From Rhynchobatus australiae (lineage: Eukaryota): a DNA stretch of 64,000 nt. The notes beneath the pieces were generated by a model. That model worked only from the letters and a program-made list of their open reading frames with translations, searched no databases and was not told where the DNA came from. The first letter of the stretch is position 1. Each line of letters starts with the position of its first letter. Position numbers and translations under genes: made by a program. Shown piece by piece: positions 1 to 10,319 of this stretch. Location: the NCBI GenBank assembly GCA_034780895.1, contig JAUZTB010000118.1, positions 12,211,888 through 12,275,887 on the forward strand. The letters are read 5' to 3'.

Positions 1-1221
1 CCATTCCTGAATCTAGTGATTCTTGAAAGATCACTACTAATGCCTCCACAATCTCTTCAGCTACCTCTTTCAGAACCATCGGGTGCAGTCCATCTGGTCT
101 AGGTGACTAATCTACCTTCAGACCTTTCAGTTTCCTAAGCACCTTCTCCTTAGTAATAGCAACTACGTTCACTTCTGCATCCGACTCTCTCAGATTTCTG
201 GCATGTTGCTGGTGTATTCCACAGTGAAGACTGATGCAAAATACTTATTCAGTTCGTCTGCCATTTCTTTGTTCCCCATTACTACCTCTCCAGCAACATT
301 TTCCAGCGGTCCAATGTCCACTCTTGCCTCTCCTTTACTCTTAATATATCTGAAAAAACTTTTGGTTTCCCCTTTTATATTATAGGCTAGCGTGCCTTCA
401 TTTTTCATCTTTTCTTCCCTTATTACTTTTTTCAGTTGCCTTCTGTTGGTTTTTAAAAGCTTCCCGATCCTCTAGCTTCCTACTAATTTTTGCAATATTT
501 TATGCCCTCTCTTTTGCTTTTATGCTGTCTTTGACTTCCCTTGTCAGCCACAATTGCCTCATCCTCCCTTAGGAAAGCTCCTTCTTCTTTGGAATGAACC
601 AATCCTGCATCTTCCGAATTACTCCCAGAAACTCCTGCCATTGCTGCTCCACTGTTATCCCTGCTAGGGTCCCCTTCCAATTAACTTTGGCCAGCTCTTC
701 TCTCATGCCTCTTTAGTTACCTTTACTTAACTGTAATACTGATACATCCAATTTTAGCTTCTCTGTCTCAAACTGCAGGGTAAATGCTATCATATTATGG
801 TCACTGCCTCCTAAGGGTTCCTTTACCTTAAGCTTCCTGATCAAATCTGATTCATTGCACAACACTAAATCCAGAATTGCCTTTTCACTAGTGGGCTCAA
901 CCACAAGCTGTTCTAAAAAGCCATCTTGTAGGCATTCTACAAATTTCTTCTCTTGGGATCCAGTACCAAGCTGATTTTCCAAATCTACCTGCATATTGAA
1001 ATCCCCCATGACCACTGTAACATTGCTGCTTTTACATGCCTTTTCTGTCTCCTGTTGTAATTTGTATCCCACATCCTGGCTACTATTCGGAGGCCTGTAT
1101 ATAATTCCATTCAGGGTCTTTTTACCCATGCAGTTTCTTAACTCTACACACAAGGATTCTACATCTTCTGATCCTATGTCACTTCTTGCTAAGGATTTGA
1201 TTTAATTTTTTTACCAACACA
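1..1221 (-). mobile_element. CR1-like LINE ORF2 fragment (AP-endonuclease domain and linker), frameshifted
   Basis: Minus ORFs 713..1153 (VELRN...IYRPPNS...VVMGDFN...LDLVLCN...GGSDHNMI) and 190..408 (KSFFRYIKSK...MADELNKYFASVFT) are typical CR1 ORF2 segments, in different frames. Runs off the window start. Confidence 0.9.
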
Positions 1222-1237
1222 TGTAAGCTCCCCCCCT

Positions 1238-1460
1238 CATCTATTTTATATCAAAGAACTCCATTAAAATCATAAACATGATTTCCCTTTCTTAAATCAA
1301 GTTGACTCAGATCAATCATATAATTATTTTCTAAACACCTTGATATCACATCTTTCATTATAGATTGCAGCATTTTCCCAACTACTGAAGTCAGGCAAAC
1401 AGATCTGTAGTTCCCTGTTTTCTCTCTCCCTCCTTTCTTCAGTAGAAATTTCCTATTTAC
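1238..1460 (-). mobile_element. Degenerate CR1-like RT fragment
   Basis: The reverse complement of 1370-1440 resembles the coding sequence for GNYRPVSLTSVVGK; heavily decayed. Confidence 0.6.
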
Positions 1461-1689
1461 TATTATAAATTCTCATGTTTCTGTAAGAGACCCACATTTA
1501 ACCTCACTAGACTTTTCCTTTTTACTTAACAAAACTCTTTAAATAACAGACCCTGAACCTATTTATTATGTTCTAAGGTTAGGAAAAATCTGTGGACAGA
1601 AATACACAGAGTTCACATTACACTTTGAATACAATTCATCAGAGCTGACCAGGTGATGCAAAGTTGAAAGGCTGTATATTTTAAATATT

Positions 1690-1790
1690 GAATGGTGTTG
1701 AGGTGGAAGATTAGCCATGATTTTGTTGAATGGTGGAGCAGCCTTGACAGGATGAATGGCCTACTTCTGCTCTTATTTTGTATGTTCTAA
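1690..1790 (+). mobile_element. CR1-like LINE/SINE 3' tail
   Basis: agccatgat...gaatggtggagcag...gaatggcctacttctgctcttatt...tatgttct; the same tail recurs at ~6850 and, inverted, at ~21045 and ~30150. Confidence 0.7.
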
Positions 1791-2072
1791 TTCAATGTTA
1801 AATCCTTAAGGGTTTATCATGATTAGTCAGAGGCTGTTCCTCAAGCTTACATTGAGCTTCTTTGGTAAGAGGTCAGAGTGGTAACGGGGTGGATAATTAA
1901 AGTGACAAGCCGTTGCAAGATTAGGGACACCCCTGTGAAAGGAAGTGTTCTGCAAAGCAGTCACCCTCTTTGCACTAGTCTCTCCAACATAGCAAACATC
2001 CCAAGTACTCAGTGCCATACACTTAATTGAAAGAAGGGCAGTTGAATGGCTGCTTCACCTGGAAGGAGTGCT
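1790..2072 (-). mobile_element. Penelope-like element GIY-YIG endonuclease fragment
   Basis: Minus-strand translations SFQVKQPFNCPSFN, YVGETS and ACHFNYPPRYHSDL resemble the PLE GIY-YIG region. Confidence 0.7.
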
Positions 2073-2144
2073 GGGGGGTGGGGGGAAGAAAGAGTAGGGT
2101 GGAGTGGGGGGGGGGTGGGGGGAAGAAAGAGTAGGGTGGAGTGG
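2073..2144 (+). repeat. Two copies of a 35-bp G-rich unit abutting an assembly gap
   Basis: ggggggtggggggaagaaagagtagggtggagtgg at 2073-2107 and 2110-2144. Confidence 0.8.
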
Positions 2145-2269
2145 NNNNNNNNNNNNNNNNNNNNNNNNNNNNNNNNNNNNNNNNNNNNNNNNNNNNNNNN
2201 NNNNNNNNNNNNNNNNNNNNNNNNNNNNNNNNNNNNNNNNNNNNCCCCCCCCCCCCCCCCCCCCCCAAG

Positions 2270-2640
2270 ACGGAGTCAATGGTTCAGGTCATTGACCCTT
2301 CATCAGAATGGTTTTATCCGGAAACGTTAAGAGTTTCTTTCTCCACAATTGCTGTCTGATCAATTGAGTATTGGTAATTGGTTTATTATTGTCATATGTA
2401 CCGAGACACAGCGAAAAACTTTGTTTTGCATACCATCCATACAAGTCATTTCAAAACATAATTACATCGAGGTACTACAAAGGGAAACGCTTAAAGTCTC
2501 GGAATTTAGGCTTAAAGGAGTAGAACGATTATAATAGATATAATGAATAGATCTGCTGAGAACAGCTTGCAATGAGTCGCCAAGTGATTCTAGTACTTTC
2601 AGTTTTCATTTCAGATATTCAATACATGCAGGTTTTTTTT
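2270..2640. mobile_element. Penelope-derived short element interrupted by a minus-strand LINE 3' end (~2373-2480)
   Basis: ttcaggtcattgacccttcatcag...gaaacgttaa...ctccac...tgagta, with the tail ttcatttcagatattc...catgcag at 2600-2630. The insert begins ggtttattattgtcatatgtaccgag. Confidence 0.55.
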
Positions 2641-2939
2641 TAATTTTTAAGGAAGGTTTATGTTCCTGGATCGGAAGGGGTGAAAGGCTGTTGCATCTCC
2701 TGCAGTTGAACGGGAAGATGGCGTTAGGCGAGTGGGTGTTGCTAGATACGGTACGATAAAGACATTATGAGCCTTGAACGTGTTTGGTGAGGAGCAGCAC
2801 CATCGGGTTGGGAGCTCTCCACCACGAGTGCCATAATTGCAAGGAGGCGCCTCCAGCAGTAAGAAGCGATTTGGCGTGAACGACTAAAGTTAAGGAATGC
2901 AATAGAATAAGCATCGGTTCATACTTTCGGCTTCCTTGA

Positions 2940-3500
2940 AAGCCAGCAATGCTGAGGCGGGGTTTAGCGCACTGTCGGAGATTGGCACCTGTCATGACTG
3001 AAGCGGGCCAATGGACGAGGGGCGGAAGGGGCGCGTTGCTGGGAACAATACTCGCGCCTTTTGGAGGAGGAGCAGCGCGGATTGGTGATCGAGGGGAGTT
3101 GAGCGGCCGATCGGTGGTATTCCGTTGGTCCGTCAGCCGGTGATCGGTGGTACTCCGTTGGTCCGTCAGCGGCCTCGTTCACCAGGTAAACCCGCCGGTT
3201 ACTCCGCGTCCACGGAGGGGGCGGTTGTTCGAGGCCCCGCCGGCGGTGGCTGCCTGCCGTTCCCGGGCGGTTTCTCGGCTCCCGGGCGGTTTCTCCGGCT
3301 GGAGGGGGGACTGGGCTCCGGGCGGCCTCCGGTTTTAATGGGCGGCGGAGGGGCGAGGGCGGGAAGACACCGCAGGAAAAGATTAACGACCTGTTTCTGC
3401 GGAGGCGAAGAGGGCAACTTGGGGGAAGGGGGGAAGCTGCCCCACGTTCCCTATATCGGGAATGCAAGGCGGGCTGAGTATTTTAATCGTGCCCGCTAAG
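2940..3500 (+). promoter_or_regulatory. pik3r1: CpG-island promoter of pik3r1 (p85-alpha)
   Basis: The only CpG/GC-rich block in the window. CCAAT/ATTGG boxes at 2981, 3008 and 3081; GGGCGG at 3020, 3265 and 3284. Lies ~2 kb upstream of the first coding exon. Confidence 0.85.
3090..3185 (+). other. pik3r1: Putative non-coding exon 1 (start approximate)
   Basis: Donor CAG|GTAAAC at 3185/3186 inside the CpG island; the TSS cannot be fixed from sequence. Confidence 0.6.
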
Positions 3501-4212
3501 CAATCCAATGATTCGTCTCGTTATCCTGTTCTTAAACTTAATGTTTTATTTAACTTTTCTCCGAGATTCCTGTGTTAAAACCTTGCTTATCAGTAGTCTT
3601 TTCATTTGTATTCTGATGTAACAGTCGTCCTTAATTTAGTTTTTTTTGGAAAATATTTGCAACGAAATAAACTAAAGCCTCATTTACAAGCTCACGCCGA
3701 CCACGTATAGACATTAATACGGTCCATATGGATTGTTATGCGGAGCCTCGAGTTACTGTATGCTGTCGACCGTAAGGCCGCTTATATTTTTTACTTAAAT
3801 GACTTATTTGTCCATAAGATGCAGTAAATTGTAGACTAATTGTTTTTAGTTTTCTTTGTAATATTGCTGTGTTTGGGATATAAAGATGCGAATTGGAAGT
3901 TTTAAAAAAACTTAATATCTCTCACAGTTCTGGTTACAGTTATAATTGATCTCCTGGTTGGATGAAACGCCATTGCTGCCATGCTTGTACTGTATACCAA
4001 TCTGACAAAAAAACCAAATTGTTTTAAAATTAGATTTGAACAAACAGGTCGTTCCTGACTTCTTGATCCCCTCCCACACCTATAAAAAGACCTTATTGCC
4101 CCCAAAATGTACAATGTATTGAATGTTTGAGCTTCATTTGAGTAATCAAATCCACATGCTATAATGCCCAGAGAAACTTCTATTTCCAGTTTTCAGCTCT
4201 TTCCTCAAAGCA

Positions 4213-4365
4213 AAAAACACCAACTGCAGATGCTGGAAATCTGAAATCAAACAGGAGTACTGGAAGTAGTCAGATGGCAAGTCACCAACCTAAAATGTTA
4301 ATTCAGTTTCTCTCTTCATGGATACTGCCTTATCTGCTGAGTATTTCTTATATTTTCTGTTTTTT
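4213..4365. mobile_element. Degenerate Penelope-derived fold-back element
   Basis: ctgcagatgctggaaatctgaaat... followed by tttctctcttcatggatactgcc...tgctgagtatttc; same family as the 6463 and 7770 copies. Confidence 0.6.
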
Positions 4366-5170
4366 TTTAATTGTGGTTTTCCTCTATTCTTTTAAGGACT
4401 TGATAGTGGAAAAAGATTGTTACTGTAGGATTTAAGATGTTTGTTTATACAATAATTGCACCATGTTTACTCAGCATTGAATCAATTGTAAATGAAGTCA
4501 ATAGTTTGGTAAATGATTGAGGCATTGGTAGTCTTAAAGCTTTTCATATTTTTAGAGTTTGCTATGTAATAACTTTGAACTGTATTGCATTACCTTTGTC
4601 TTCAGTTTAACTGATGGATTGTCATGATTGAGTTGCTTTTCACTCTGTTATTCTTTGTTCCTTGTTTGCATGGATGATCAAATGCAATGACACTGGCTTT
4701 CAGTTTTTTTAGTTTTTTTTTATAGGAAGCATCAAATTTCTGTCTGGCATGTCAAGTGAATTTGCAGTTGGAATAATACCCTCTGTTAAACTTGACTTTG
4801 GAAATGGGTATTATACACAAAATGTCTCAAAATTTAACATTATTTCAAACTTGGTAATGATCTAAAGCCACTATCGTAATTTTGCTATGTTTTTAGCTGG
4901 TTCCTATTGCAGTGCCAGTATAGCTCTGCCAATTTGTTCCCTTTTTAATAACTGACCAACCTCAAAAGCTATGAGTATAAGGTTTATTATGTTGTAAATT
5001 ATAACTTCTGCATTTTCTGGAACATATTCAAATACATAATATACAGATTTTTTCATTTGGATGAGCTATTTTTATATGAATCATGAGTGGGTTGTTAACA
5101 TTTTTAACCATTGTATAAGAAATGAGGTTATATTAACTTCTGTTAACAAAACATTCCTCTTCCCTTTTAG

Positions 5171-5511
5171 GTCATTTGCCAGTCCTAAAGTGGATGCAGC
5201 TTGATGTTCACTGGATACAGTGGATGGAGCACTAAAAAGATACTTCAAATAATTCACCTCTGGAATCTGTCAGTGCAATTGAGAAGAAGAAGTAGTAGTA
5301 TCTTCTTTTTGAGGAGCAGCATTGCTAATTTTCCAAAATGGTACATAGTAGTTTAAGAGACTTTTGATTAAGCAAGCAACTGTTGGCAAATACTTCATTG
5401 GGAGAATCCATTTTCACTTGAAAAACTTCTGTAATTTTTGTATTTTATCACCTGGTGTCTACATCAAGGGCAAAACGTCTTGCATGTTTTGCATTATTAA
5501 CAATAGAGAAA
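5171..5511 (+). other. pik3r1: 5'UTR part of exon 2
   Basis: Strong acceptor ttcctcttcccttttag|G at 5170/5171; continuous to the ATG at 5512. Confidence 0.7.
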
Positions 5512-5842
5512 ATGAGTGCAGATGGATATCAATACAGAGCTTTGTATGAATACAAAAAAGAACGAGAAGAAGACATTGATTTGCATACTGGTGATGTACT
5601 GATTGTCACTAAAAGTACTCTGTTAGCCCTGGGTTTCAGCGAGGGAGATGAGACGAGACCAGAGGAGATTGGCTGGCTCACGGGTGTAAATGAAAACACA
5701 CAAGAAAGGGGAGATTTTCCAGGAACCTACGTAGAGTTTTATGGTCGCAGGAAAATTTCTCCACCGACACCCAAGCCTCGTCCTCCTAGGCCATTGCCTG
5801 TAGCTCCAAATCCATCAAGACCTGAAGATCCTGACCAGCAAG
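5512..5842 (+). CDS. pik3r1: p85-alpha exon 2: SH3 domain and proline-rich region 1
   Basis: [25 protein letters not shown]...[10 protein letters not shown]...[18 protein letters not shown]; donor CAAG|GTCAGT, phase 1. Confidence 0.97.
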
Positions 5843-6289
5843 GTCAGTCCTTTCAGTAATACTTGGGATACAAGGCTGGGAAGGATTGGTGTGGGTAGAG
5901 GGATTAGTGCTTGTAATCAAAATGTAGTGACAGTTAAGCACATCAGTAAGCAGCAGAGTTTTAGAAAAAGAACAATTCCACAGATTAATTTATTGTACCT
6001 AATGTAATAAAAAGTTGAAGCAATGTAGGTTAAATTCTATTGGCTAAATCAAAAATAAAATCTCTGGCTTGTGTTTCTGCTTTTTAACAGGATATTTACA
6101 CATTGATCTGCAGGTTCATGAAAAATGACCTTTTGAGTCAATGAACTGATTGGAAAATTGCCTGTGTAAATTTACTTTGCTCCTCATCTGAAGGTTATGA
6201 ATTCTGCTGGAGCAGAATTAGGTTGTTACCAGCAGATGTTAGTTCATAGAAACTAAATGTTCTTGCAACATTTAACAAGCTAAATACAA

Positions 6290-6915
6290 AAAGGATGTTT
6301 CCTCTGGTTGAGAAGTCTGGAAACCAGGAGTCACAGTCTCAAAATAAGAGCTAGGCCATTGGGATTGCAGTGAAGAGAACTCAAAGGGTGGTGAATGCTT
6401 GGAATTTTCTACCTCTGGGGTTTGTGGAGGCTCTGTCTCATTCAAAACAGTTCTGTAGATAAGGATGAAAAACACTATGATGCTGGAGGAATTCAGCAGG
6501 CCAGGCAGCATCCATGGAGAAAAGCAAGTGGTCAACGTTTCGGGTCAGGGTCCTTCTTCAGGACTGNNNNNNNNNNNNNNNNNNNNNNNNNNNNNNNNNN
6601 NNNNNNNNNNNNNNNNNNNNNNNNNNNNNNNNNNNNNNNNNNNNNNNNNNNNNNNNNNNNNNNNNNCCTTCTTCAGGACTGACCCGAAACGTTGACCACC
6701 TGCTTTTCTCCACGGAAACTGCCTGGCCTACTGAGTTACCCCAGGATCAGTGTTTTTCATCCATAATTTCAGCATCTGCAGTCCTTTGTTTCTCAATAGA
6801 TAGGGAATCAAGGGACATGGGGTTTCAGGAAAATGGCATTGAGGTGGAAGGTCAGCATGATCTTGATGAATGGTGGAGCATGGTCAAAAGAGTTGAATGA
6901 CTAACTTTTATTTAT
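6290..6915 (+). mobile_element. CR1-like 3' fragment split by the fold-back element at 6463-6795
   Basis: aggatgtttcctctgg...cacagtctcaaaataag...ggtggtgaat...tggaatt; resumes at ~6800 and ends in the CR1 tail. Confidence 0.7.
6463..6795. mobile_element. Penelope-derived inverted-repeat element with hammerhead-like core
   Basis: Arms 6463-6548 and 6679-6762 are near reverse complements; CTGAAGA...GAAAC on the minus strand at 6537-6561. Confidence 0.8.
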
Positions 6916-7074
6916 ATTTACAGTGTCAGGGCTTTTTTTAAACCTGTTAAATTTCTTGAAATCATGAATGTATGAATTGTTAAAGCAGAATTCATTAAAA
7001 ATTAGAGCAGGTATATTGTTTTTATCTCACTACATGGAGGTATTGGGAAGACGGTCAGTTGCACTCCGTGGCTC

Positions 7075-7265
7075 ATAAGATATCTTTATTAGTCACATGT
7101 ACATTGAAACATAGTGAAATGCATCTTTTTGGCATTGGTGCACCTGGAGGAAACCCACACAGACACAGGGAGAATGTACATACTCCTTACNNNNNNNNNN
7201 NNNNNNNNNNGCTGGAATTGAACCTGGGTCATTGGCACTCTAATAGCATTACACTACTGTGCCCT
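7075..7265 (-). mobile_element. tRNA-derived SINE fragment
   Basis: ggaggaaacccacacagacacagggagaatgtacatactcc...gaattgaacctgggtc (B-box on the minus strand). Confidence 0.7.
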
Positions 7266-7760
7266 GTGTACCCCCCCTCATAATTTTGTATACCTTTTTA
7301 TCAGGTCACCCCTCAGCCTCCTCTGCTCCAGGGAAAACAAACCCAGCCTATCCATTGTCTCCATATAACTCAAATGCTCCAATCTAGACAATCACAGTGA
7401 ATGTCCCCTGCACCCTCAAGTGTGATCACATCTTTCCTATAGTGCGTCAACCAGAACTGCTTGTAATACTCTAGGTATGGCCTGACCAATGTTTAATGAA
7501 GTTGTGTCACCTTCACCATGTGAACCACTTTCAGGGATCTGTGGACTTGTACCCAGGTCCTTCTTCATCAATACTCTCTTGGATCCAATTATTTCTACCT
7601 TTTATTTGACCAAAGTACATTGCACTTGTCAGGGTTAAACTCCATCTGTTATTGGTCCACCCAACTTTCCAGCCGATCAATATAATGCTGTAGCCTAGGA
7701 TAATCCTCTTCATTATCTACAACACCATAAATTGTCAAGTCACAACAAACTTGGTAATCA
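7265..7760 (-). mobile_element. CR1-like LINE fragment
   Basis: ctcataattttgtatacc...caggtcacccctcagcctcctctgctccagggaaaac is the reverse of the CR1 C-terminal LRGDLIEVYKIM region. Confidence 0.75.
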
Positions 7761-7768
7761 AGTTCCAA

Positions 7769-8004
7769 CACAAGATGTTGAAAGAACTCAGCAGGTCAGG
7801 CAACATCTATGGAGGAAAATGGACAGTTGGCATTTCAGGTTGAGACCTTTCATCTGGACAGGGAAGTAGACAGGTGATACTCCAGATGAAGAGTCGATCT
7901 GGAACATCGACTGTCCATTTTCTTCATTAGATGCTGCCTGACCCACTGAGTTCCTCGAGCATCTCATATTGCTCTGCATTCCAGTATCTGCAGTCTCTTG
8001 TCTC
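7769..8004. mobile_element. Penelope-derived inverted-repeat element
   Basis: Arms ~7770-7858 and ~7881-7970 are complementary. taatcaag occurs at 7755-7762 and 8005-8012 (possible target duplication). Confidence 0.8.
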
Positions 8005-8064
8005 TAATCAAGATTAGAGTTTATTGTTGTTACAGACATACATACATGCATATATTCTAGTGTG

Positions 8065-8510
8065 TGCTTATAAGGAGAGGTTGGACAAACTTGGGTAGCT
8101 TGCTCTGGAACGATGGAGGGTGAGCGGAGACCTGATAGAAATTTCTAAGATTATGAGAAGCATGGAGACACAGCTGCTATTTTTCCTAGGGTCAAAATAT
8201 CTAATACTTGACAGTATAAATGCTATGAACAGTATCTTTTTGCAACAGCAGTACACTACAAGACCAGGACAAACATAAGTTGACATAAAACTTAACAAAT
8301 TATACATGCACTAGAATTGTTTATTTTTCATGTGCAAGATAAAGAGAGACAAAAATCCTACCTCCTACATTCACACCCAAGTAATTAATGTATATCACAC
8401 AGGTCAAGCGTCCTAGCATAGATCCTTGTATGCCACTAGTCAGAGACTTCCAGTCGGAAAAATAACCTTCCATTACTACCATCTGCTTCATTGCCAAGTC
8501 AACCTTGAGA
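8065..8510. mobile_element. CR1-like fragments (+ 8065-8220; - 8355-8510)
   Basis: ggagacctgatagaaatttctaagattatgag on +; FSDWKSLTSGIQGSMLG...IYINYL on - resembles the RT SGVPQGSVLGP...YINDL motif. Confidence 0.7.
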
Positions 8511-9600
8511 AATTTGGGGTCTTTTACCATCCCAAATTACCTGAGTGAAGATGATAGTGAGCCACTTGCATGAACCACTGCAGTCCTTCTGCTGAAGGTA
8601 CTCAATGGTGTTGGGTAGGGAGTTCTGGGGTTCAGTCCTAGTGATGAAGGAACAACAGTGTATTTCCAAATCGAGATGTTGTATAAGTTGAAGGGGAAAT
8701 GTTTCCACACACTTTAAGATCTTGCCCTTCATGGTGGGGGAATGGTGGTGGTGGCTGTAGGCTTGGGAGGTGTAGTTTAGGCAAGTAGCTGCAGGGGATT
8801 TTGTAGATGATGGGCACTGCAGCCACAGTGCAATGGAGGGAATGATGGATTGAGTACTAATCAAGTGGGCTGCTTTGATCTGGATGGTGACAAACTTCAT
8901 ACGAGTTGTTGAAGCTGCACACATCTAGACTTGAGCCTTCTAGGTGGTGCAAAGACTTTTCCATATCTTGAGGTTAGTCAATTACTGCAGGATATCCAGC
9001 TTCTTACTTGCTCACCTAGCCAGAGTTTTTGTGCCTGGTCTGTTTGAGCTCCTGGTCACTTGTGACCCACATGATGTTGATGGTGGGGGATGTGGTGAAT
9101 GTAATGCCATTGAGTCACAAATAATTGTTGGAGATGGTCATTGTCTGCTATTCTTGTGACATGATTGTTGCTTGCCAGCCCATGCTTGAATGTTGTCCAA
9201 GTCTTGCTGCATGCAGGCTTCATTTATTAAGGGGAGTTAACTGTGCAATCATCAGTGAATATCCCCACTAATTGTGAAGGAAGGAAGGTTTTCGAAGCAG
9301 CTGAAGATAATTAGATATACTGTCATGAAGAACTTGTGCAGCAGTATGCTGGGGTCGGGCTCCAACCACAACCATTTTCTTTTTGCGTGAAATGACCATT
9401 TGACTGTTTCCTCCTTGATGCCTACTGATAATGTTACTAAGGCACCTTGATGCCACGTTTGGTTAAATGGTGCCTTGATGTTAAGGACAGTCACTCAATT
9501 TGCCTCTGGAATTCAGTTCTTTCGTCCACGTTTGATCTGAGGTCGTGATGGGTTTAGTGCCAAATAGTTCTGACAAACCCAAACCAGGCAGCAGTGAGTG
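8510..9600 (-). mobile_element. Old non-LTR retrotransposon RT and 3' fragment (CR1/L2/Jockey group)
   Basis: Minus ORFs TVLNIKAPFNQTWHQGAL (cf. ALDIKAAFDRVWH) and IQIKAAHLI. Confidence 0.7.
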
Positions 9601-10319
9601 GATATTGGGGAAGTTTTTTGTAAAAGAAAAGAAGTCATAACCCCCCACATGTATGTAAAAAAAAACGATGACATTCATTATGTATATTGGTTCATCTGGA
9701 ACACAGATCTCTATCAATTGCAGTTTCTTTGGTCTTGTAACTGTGGAAGAATGAGGACTGAGTTGCAAAATATTTTTCTACAGTCTTGAGGAAGGTGAGA
9801 AGTTGTGTTTCCTGGTTTGTAAAGAACCTTTTTCCATTCAAATTACACACCTTTAGTAGAAAAGACTGGCATTATTTGTTAAAATTGGAATTATAACAAA
9901 GAACTGAACAATGCTTGAGAGTTGTGTAATTGGGGCTGGTTTTAACCACAGCATTGAATCCTAACTGGAATACTAACTTTTTCCAACAATGGTCTTTGGC
10001 AATTCATAGCCAGACTATAAGTGAATAATGCATAATACTTAAGGCATACCTTCCTGCAACCTTGATTGTTGTATTGAAAAGAATTAATCCACTTAATTGC
10101 ATAAGCAACATCTTAAAGATGCCTGTGGGTTGGACTTGGATTGAGTTTTCTGCAATGTGTTGCAAGTTATGCTGAGATGCAATAATTTCAAGGGTTTGAA
10201 TACTTTATGGAGACTGACTGCTAACCTTTGCCTGAATTTTTCAATTGTAGTGACATAACTATATCAGTGGAAATGTTATTTCTGCATCTGTACCATGATA
10301 CCCTTTCCTAATTATAAGT

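Noticed and set aside
3109-3170. Direct repeats as a CRISPR array
   Set aside because: Only two copies, a 4-nt spacer, eukaryotic context and no cas genes.
2765-3499. Several overlapping ORFs of up to 167 aa on both strands
   Set aside because: Expected from stop-codon scarcity in a CpG island; Pro/Arg/Gly-rich with no recognisable domain.
5455-5511. GTG-initiated N-terminal extension of p85-alpha in the ORF track
   Set aside because: Homology begins at ATG 5512, which has A at -3; nothing supports the upstream GTG.
6552-6681. Direct repeat ccttcttcaggactg on both sides of a 100-N gap
   Set aside because: Most likely overlapping contig ends at a hairpin that was hard to assemble.
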